A stretch of DNA of 64,000 bases from Alphaproteobacteria bacterium (GTDB taxonomy: Bacteria; Pseudomonadota; Alphaproteobacteria; Rs-D84; JAERRO01). The notes below the pieces were generated by a model. The model saw nothing but the letters and a program-made list of their open reading frames with translations, searched no databases and was not told where the DNA came from. The translations under genes were made by a program, and so were the position numbers. Where the stretch lies: contig JAERRO010000010.1 of the NCBI GenBank assembly GCA_016735395.1, positions 138 through 64,137 on the forward strand, read 5' to 3'. This document shows, piece by piece, positions 59,040-64,000 of this stretch. Positions within the stretch are counted from its first letter, which is position 1. Each line of letters begins with the position of its first letter.

Positions 59040-59516
59040 ATGATAAAAAATATAGTAGAGTCAGGTAGATCTATGATCGAAATGTTAGGAGTAATCGCAA
59101 TTATGGGAGTCATAACTATCGGTGCCATAGAATTGATGAGATCTGGTATGGATAGTCAAAAAAGGGGACAAGTAGACACAGATCTAATTCAAATTTATCA
59201 AGGAGTGAAAGAAATGTCCGTCGGATACAATGACTATAGTAATATAGACAACAGAATTCTCGATGCACTGAAGATAACAAAGCAAAATCCTTTTGGCGGA
59301 AAGTATGAAGTAGAACAGGACCCTAGAAATCCTAGACAATTCGTCATCCGTATAACAGGATTATCGACTTCTATCTGTGAAGTTTTAAGAGCTAAAGCAT
59401 ATCAAGATTCTATAGGCTATATAAAATCAGGGGGGACTAAAGGCGGAGCTACCTCTATCCCGGACAACTGTAAAGCTAGCGATGGAGACAACAAAATAGA
59501 AATATTTTATTACTAA
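59040..59516 (+). CDS. Prepilin-type (type IV pilin / pseudopilin-like) protein
   Basis: N-terminus 'MIKNIVESG|RSMIEMLGVIAIMGVITIGAIELM' shows a short basic leader, Gly at the presumed cleavage site, Glu at +5, and then a ~20-residue hydrophobic helix. No pilus assembly genes are nearby. Confidence 0.45.
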   Translation: MIKNIVESGRSMIEMLGVIAIMGVITIGAIELMRSGMDSQKRGQVDTDLIQIYQGVKEMSVGYNDYSNIDNRILDALKITKQNPFGGKYEVEQDPRNPRQFVIRITGLSTSICEVLRAKAYQDSIGYIKSGGTKGGATSIPDNCKASDGDNKIEIFYY

Positions 59517-59534
59517 AAATATATAGAAAAATTA

Positions 59535-59562
59535 AAAAAGACGGTATATTTCCGTCTTTTTT
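59535..59562. terminator. Rho-independent terminator between convergent genes (pilin-like + / exonuclease -)
   Basis: A-tract, stem GACGG/CCGTC (extended AAGACGG/CCGTCTT) with loop TATATTT, then T6. It could act bidirectionally. Confidence 0.55.
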
Positions 59563-59591
59563 GATTTCTAACGATAAAAAATTACTTTCTT

Positions 59592-60230
59592 CTAGCCAAA
59601 TAATATAGGTTTCTCAACAGTCTTTCTCTCTAGACTATCCATCAACTCGTCGCACTTTTCGTACAATTTTTCATTTGTGTTATGATCTATTATTTTTTCT
59701 AATTCGAAAAATACATGACTAAGTAATAAAGAATCTCGTAGTGCTAAATGTCCTAGTTCGTCTCTTTCTTGAATATCTATCTTAAAATGTTTGGCCAGAT
59801 TATCTAGTGAAAACGATCGTAGAAGAGGTAGCCTTTTTCTAGCTTCCTGTAAAGTGTCTATACATATCTTTTCATCTATACATTTGTCTGCGAACCCAGA
59901 TCTAGTTAACTCATTATTTAAAAATGGAATGTCAAATCGTAGACCATTATGTGCGACTATTTTATCTGCCCCCTCTATAAAATCTATAAATCCTCCGATT
60001 ACATCTTTAAACAGGGGTTTGTCTTTGAGCATATAATCTTCCATCTTCGTAATTCTAATAGATCCACTGCTCAACTTTTTCATAGGATTCATAAATTGAT
60101 CATATTGAGTAGTTGTCTGTTCTCCATTTTTAAACTCGTGCTTGACGGCACCTATATTAAATATCCGTTCTTCCACGACACTAAATCCTGTGGTTTCAAT
60201 ATCGAAAATTACTATAACTCTATCTTTCAT
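59592..60230 (-). CDS. DnaQ-like 3'-5' exonuclease (DEDDh; Pol III epsilon / RNase T-like)
   Basis: Exo I 'VIVIFDIETTGFS', exo II 'KIVAHNGLRFDIPFL', and an exo III region with 'H...D'. 212 aa. Confidence 0.7.
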   Translation of the reverse strand: MKDRVIVIFDIETTGFSVVEERIFNIGAVKHEFKNGEQTTTQYDQFMNPMKKLSSGSIRITKMEDYMLKDKPLFKDVIGGFIDFIEGADKIVAHNGLRFDIPFLNNELTRSGFADKCIDEKICIDTLQEARKRLPLLRSFSLDNLAKHFKIDIQERDELGHLALRDSLLLSHVFFELEKIIDHNTNEKLYEKCDELMDSLERKTVEKPILFG

Positions 60231-60238
60231 AGATAATC

Positions 60239-60679
60239 CTAATCGTTTTTCTGTTGTCTATTTTTAGTATACATAGACTCAAAATCTACGATCTCCATAT
60301 TAAATTGTGGATAGCCAGAAGCAGTCGTGATGTCAGATATCTGCTGTCGAAAGGCCGGAAAAATTGTTGTAGGAACATATACTAATAAAATCTTTTTACG
60401 ATCTTCTTCTTCGGTGATAGATCCGTCGATTTGTATTACTGCATTATATTCTATTTTTAATGTAAATATCGTTGCTGTATCTTTATCGCCTTCCAGTTTA
60501 TTTTCTATCACAGAACTTAAACTGACAAGAAATGTATTCTCATCAGACTGTTGTGTTTTAACATCTAACTTAACATTGATATTCGCTTTAGTATCTTTCT
60601 TAAAGAACAAAGCTGGAGCCATAGGACTAGTAAATGATAAGTTGCTCAAGTACTGAACGAAAATTTTAAACGGTGCCAT
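60239..60679 (-). CDS. secB: Protein-export chaperone SecB
   Basis: 146 aa. 'FKIFVQYLSNLSFTSP' parallels the SecB 'FQIQRIYTKDISFEAP' region. Acidic C-terminus. It is adjacent to dnaJ. Confidence 0.65.
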   Translation of the reverse strand: MAPFKIFVQYLSNLSFTSPMAPALFFKKDTKANINVKLDVKTQQSDENTFLVSLSSVIENKLEGDKDTATIFTLKIEYNAVIQIDGSITEEEDRKKILLVYVPTTIFPAFRQQISDITTASGYPQFNMEIVDFESMYTKNRQQKND

Positions 60680-60815
60680 ATTTTATCCTTTTTATTCATC
60701 ATAATACTATATCAGATTATAAATTTCAATTCTTATATATATAAAAGTTCAGTGCTTCCTACGGGCCTAGTTGGAGTAAAAAAACAGTTTAAAAGACCGT
60801 ATTTTTACAGTTTTT

Positions 60816-61880
60816 TTAACTAGCATCTTTAAACTCTTTTAGTATCTTCGTTTGCTTTTTAGATAGTTTACTAGGAAGTTCTATAGATGTAATCATCCAC
60901 AAATTACCATAGTTATCGCCTCGTCCTGTAGGCATTCCTTTTCCCTTAATTCGTAATTTGGTTCCAACTTGACACCGTTCCGGAATTTTTACATTAAAAG
61001 TTTTACCATCTAGATGAGTTATATTTATGTATCCACCTAAAATGGCATCAATGAAGTTGATCTTTTTTGTGATAAACAGATCGTCTCCCCTGCGATCAAA
61101 AATATTATTAGGCTCTACTTGTATCTCTAGATATAGTGTCCCTGGTCCGTTGTCCCCTATCTCGCCGTGTTCCGACAAAGACAACCTCGTCCCTGTTTCT
61201 ACACCCTTTGGAATCGACACAGAAACTTTAGAGGTAGAACTCTCGTAGCCCGTAGCATTACATTTTCTGCAAGGATTTTCTACAGTCCTTCCTTGTCCCC
61301 GACAAGTTCTACAAGGTTGTTTGACATTGAAAAATCCGTTGCCGGCAACAGTAAACCCTTTTCCACCACAAGCCGAACAAGTTGTAGGAGGCTTTCGTTT
61401 TGCATCTTTAGTTCCACCGCAACCAGTACATTTTTTATGAGTAGGCAAATTTAGATCAATTTCTGCTCCGCTATATGCATCTGCTAGAGAGATATTTACC
61501 CGCCTTAAAATGTCGCCGTTTTCGCTTCCTTGATTTCTACTGTTTCCGCCGAATCCGAATTGGCTAAAAATATCGCTAAAGACATCTTCGAATCCTTGTC
61601 CGCCCCCTGCCTGATGGAATCCGCCATGCTGAGACTGTCCGCCGTGAGACTCCTGTTGTCGGTAATTGCCGTGCCCCATTCTGTCATATGCAGATTTTTT
61701 ATTATCGTCTTTTAATGTCTGATAGGCTTCATTTATCTTCTTGAATTTCTCTTCAGATTTAACATCGCCTTTATTTTTATCAGGATGATTTTCCTTCACT
61801 TGCTTGTGATAAGCTTTCTTTATCTCTGCTGTCGTAGCATTTTTAGAGATGCCTAAAGTCGAATAATAATCGGTTGTCAT
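60816..61880 (-). CDS. dnaJ: Chaperone DnaJ
   Basis: J-domain 'DYYSTLGISKNATTAEIKKAYHKQVKENHPDKN', a Gly-rich linker, and four CxxCxGxG zinc-finger repeats. 354 aa. Confidence 0.9.
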   Translation of the reverse strand: MTTDYYSTLGISKNATTAEIKKAYHKQVKENHPDKNKGDVKSEEKFKKINEAYQTLKDDNKKSAYDRMGHGNYRQQESHGGQSQHGGFHQAGGGQGFEDVFSDIFSQFGFGGNSRNQGSENGDILRRVNISLADAYSGAEIDLNLPTHKKCTGCGGTKDAKRKPPTTCSACGGKGFTVAGNGFFNVKQPCRTCRGQGRTVENPCRKCNATGYESSTSKVSVSIPKGVETGTRLSLSEHGEIGDNGPGTLYLEIQVEPNNIFDRRGDDLFITKKINFIDAILGGYINITHLDGKTFNVKIPERCQVGTKLRIKGKGMPTGRGDNYGNLWMITSIELPSKLSKKQTKILKEFKDAS

Positions 61881-62002
61881 AATAATGTCTTTTGTGTTTT
61901 GTAATCTATTTTATATTCATATAAGCAATTTTTTATATAAGTCAATGAAAATAGTCGCATTTTTTACTTGAGATATTTAAAATAAAAGAGTATATATAAA
62001 AA

Positions 62003-64000
62003 ATGAAAAACTCTTATTCGGCAAAAAATATTAAGGTTTTAGAAAAACTAGAACCCGTCAGACTACGACCTGGTATGTATATCGGTGGAACAGACGAAAG
62101 GGCATACCACCATCTATTCGGTGAAGTCTTCGATAATTCTATGGACGAAGTAGTCGCAGGTTTCGGCACAGACATATGGGTTAAACTAATCTCAGATACA
62201 GAAATTCTGATCGTCGATAACGGAAGAGGAATTCCAGTAGACGAACATCCTACTCAAAAAGGGAAGAGTGCTTTAGAAGTTATTTTTTCTACTTTACATG
62301 CAGGCGGAAAATTTGATAACGATGCCTATCTCACTTCAGGAGGTTTGCACGGGGTAGGTGCTAGCATAGTAAATGCTCTATCTCAAAATTTAACGGTGCA
62401 AGTCGTAAAGGAAGCCGTCGTCTACTCTATGAAATTTAGTAGAGGGGAGACAATATCTAAATTAGAGAAAATAGAATATAAAGATAGCCTCTTTAAAGAC
62501 TATCAAAATATAAAAAATGGAACGGCTATCTATTTTTCCCCTGATCCAGAAATTTTCGATACAGTCGTTTTTAACGAGACTATCCTATCAAAATTTTTAA
62601 AGAATAAAGCCTTCTTATATAAAGGTGTAAAAATTTATTGGAAAGACGATTCTATAAAAACAAATATAGAAAGTGCGACTATCGATGGAGACCAAAATTC
62701 AGAGACTATACAAGACTCTCCGTCTGCAAAAGAGGAAACTCTATTTCATTTTAAAAATGGTTTAGGCGATTTATTAGACGAATTAGCCGTAAATACACCT
62801 CTGATTTTTGACGAACCGTTTATAGGGAACTCAAAGCTAGCCGACAATCTAGGAACATTTGAGTGGGCAGTCAACTGGGTAAATAGTGAACAAAGTAGTA
62901 GTAATGGTGCTTTCGTTTCTTTCTGTAATACTATTCTAACTCAAGAGGGCGGAACACACGAAACAGGATTTAAAAGTGCTATCGTAAAAGGACTAAAATC
63001 TTATGCAAAAAGGGTAGGGATAAAAAAGGTCGAATCTCTAGTTATGGACGACATCTTTGAAACTCTCATAGGGACTATTTCCATCTTCTATAAGACACCA
63101 CATTTTCAAGGACAGACAAAAGATAAATTGACCAACATAGAGATATCTAAACTAGTCGAGTTGATAGTATTAGACTCATGGGAAAACTTTTTAATCGAGA
63201 GCGATAAAACTGAAGAACTGATAAATAGCCTCATTTGGCTCTCCGAAAGAAGACTTGTAGCTAAAAAAGATAGGGCAATTAAACCTTCTAAAAAGTTAAA
63301 ACTTCCTCATAAATTGGCAGACTGTCAACAACGAAAAGCCGAAGGAACAGAGCTGTTTATAGTAGAAGGAGACTCGGCTGGAGGTTCCGCAAAACAGGCG
63401 AGAGATAGAGCTACTCAAGCTATTTTACCTTTGAGAGGAAAAATCTTAAATGTGGTAAATGCTACCTATAGTAAATTGTTAGAAAACAAAGAAATAACAG
63501 ATTTGTCAGAATCTATAGGGACAGGTATCGGTAAAAATTTTGATATAAAAAAACTTCGATACGAAAAAATTATTATCATGACAGATGCCGATGTCGATGG
63601 ATCTCACATAGCAGCTTTGCTATTGACCTTCTTTCAACAATTTATGCCACAACTAATAAGTCGAGGACACATTTATATAGCCTGTCCGCCACTGTACAAA
63701 ATTACATGCGGACTAGAAAATTTCTATATAGAAAACGATGTAGAGATGGAAAAAGTTATCTCGTCGTTTGGAAATAAAAAATATACCATCTCCCGTTTTA
63801 AAGGGCTAGGCGAGATGAATGCAAAACAGTTGAAAGATACTACAATGGATAAACAAAATAGAAAAATTCTACAGGTAAAGATAAACGACATAGAAAATAA
63901 ACCGCCCGTTGACGGAATATCCGTAGTAAAAAAAGAGGACGAAAATAACCTGTTCGTTAGTCAAAATTCTGATGATAATATACAGACTCAAACAGAAATC
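62003..64000 (+). CDS. parE: Type IIA topoisomerase ATPase subunit, most consistent with topoisomerase IV subunit B (ParE), or GyrB lacking the long insertion. 3' end is beyond the window
   Basis: GHKL 'LEPVRLRPGMYIGGTD', Toprim 'EGDSAGGSAKQARD', 'IMTDADVDGSHI', and 'KGLGEMNAKQL' running straight on to 'TTMDKQNRKILQV' without the ~170-aa GyrB insertion. Open to the window end. Confidence 0.75.
   Translation, partial: MKNSYSAKNIKVLEKLEPVRLRPGMYIGGTDERAYHHLFGEVFDNSMDEVVAGFGTDIWVKLISDTEILIVDNGRGIPVDEHPTQKGKSALEVIFSTLHAGGKFDNDAYLTSGGLHGVGASIVNALSQNLTVQVVKEAVVYSMKFSRGETISKLEKIEYKDSLFKDYQNIKNGTAIYFSPDPEIFDTVVFNETILSKFLKNKAFLYKGVKIYWKDDSIKTNIESATIDGDQNSETIQDSPSAKEETLFHFKNGLGDLLDELAVNTPLIFDEPFIGNSKLADNLGTFEWAVNWVNSEQSSSNGAFVSFCNTILTQEGGTHETGFKSAIVKGLKSYAKRVGIKKVESLVMDDIFETLIGTISIFYKTPHFQGQTKDKLTNIEISKLVELIVLDSWENFLIESDKTEELINSLIWLSERRLVAKKDRAIKPSKKLKLPHKLADCQQRKAEGTELFIVEGDSAGGSAKQARDRATQAILPLRGKILNVVNATYSKLLENKEITDLSESIGTGIGKNFDIKKLRYEKIIIMTDADVDGSHIAALLLTFFQQFMPQLISRGHIYIACPPLYKITCGLENFYIENDVEMEKVISSFGNKKYTISRFKGLGEMNAKQLKDTTMDKQNRKILQVKINDIENKPPVDGISVVKKEDENNLFVSQNSDDNIQTQTEI

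Noticed and set aside
60680-60815. Possible terminator or hairpin in the dnaJ-secB spacer
   Set aside because: The apparent repeats (ACAGTTT...ACAGTTT) are direct, not inverted. No stable stem-loop followed by a U-tract could be drawn.
1-64000. CRISPR arrays, IS elements, transposases, integrases or prophage structural genes
   Set aside because: No regularly spaced direct repeats and no transposase- or integrase-like ORFs were found on either strand. The defense island lacks a recognisable mobility gene.

Overview
This is an AT-rich, tightly packed bacterial chromosomal segment, mostly housekeeping genes. The first ~5.5 kb is an accessory defense island inserted at a tRNA-Asn gene. Gene content points to a Rickettsiales-like obligate intracellular alphaproteobacterium; this is an inference from an archaeal-type ValRS, a short ProRS without editing domain, recF separated from dnaA-dnaN, and compact lipid A, Sec and Suf gene sets.

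The core region carries, in order: proS, tilS, mutL, recJ, trmB, yajC-secD-secF, tRNA-Cys, valS, ftsH, trpS, nth, lpxK-lpxL-lpxC, tRNA-Glu, rpiB, recF, tsaB-rimI, miaB-ybeY-lnt, gatCAB, ruvX, dprA, plsY, rpsT, dnaA-dnaN, mlaA, trxB, sufBC, pgsA, secB, dnaJ and a 5'-partial parE/gyrB.

The defense island (1..5450) holds a type II restriction-modification module: an HNH/zinc-ribbon endonuclease, a 59-aa HTH controller-like gene that is missing from the ORF track, and an N6/N4 DNA methyltransferase. It also holds a two-zinc dCMP deaminase, tRNA-Asn(GUU), a short remnant resembling an MmeI/PglX-type enzyme N-terminus, and a 690-aa GmrSD-type (DUF262/DUF1524) modification-dependent type IV restriction enzyme.

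Other points worth a second look: an in-frame YbeY-Lnt fusion ORF; a TsaB-RimI fusion; a carboxy-terminal-protease-like protein that seems to lack its catalytic Ser and Lys; a secreted Cys-rich protein with a polyglutamine coiled-coil encoded by CAA repeats; a histone-H1-like Lys-rich membrane protein; an orphan prepilin-like gene; a tRNA-Glu whose anticodon reads CUC; sufBC without sufD; and an rpsT-dnaA spacer with tandem TATAGT repeats. No CRISPR arrays, IS elements or integrases were seen.
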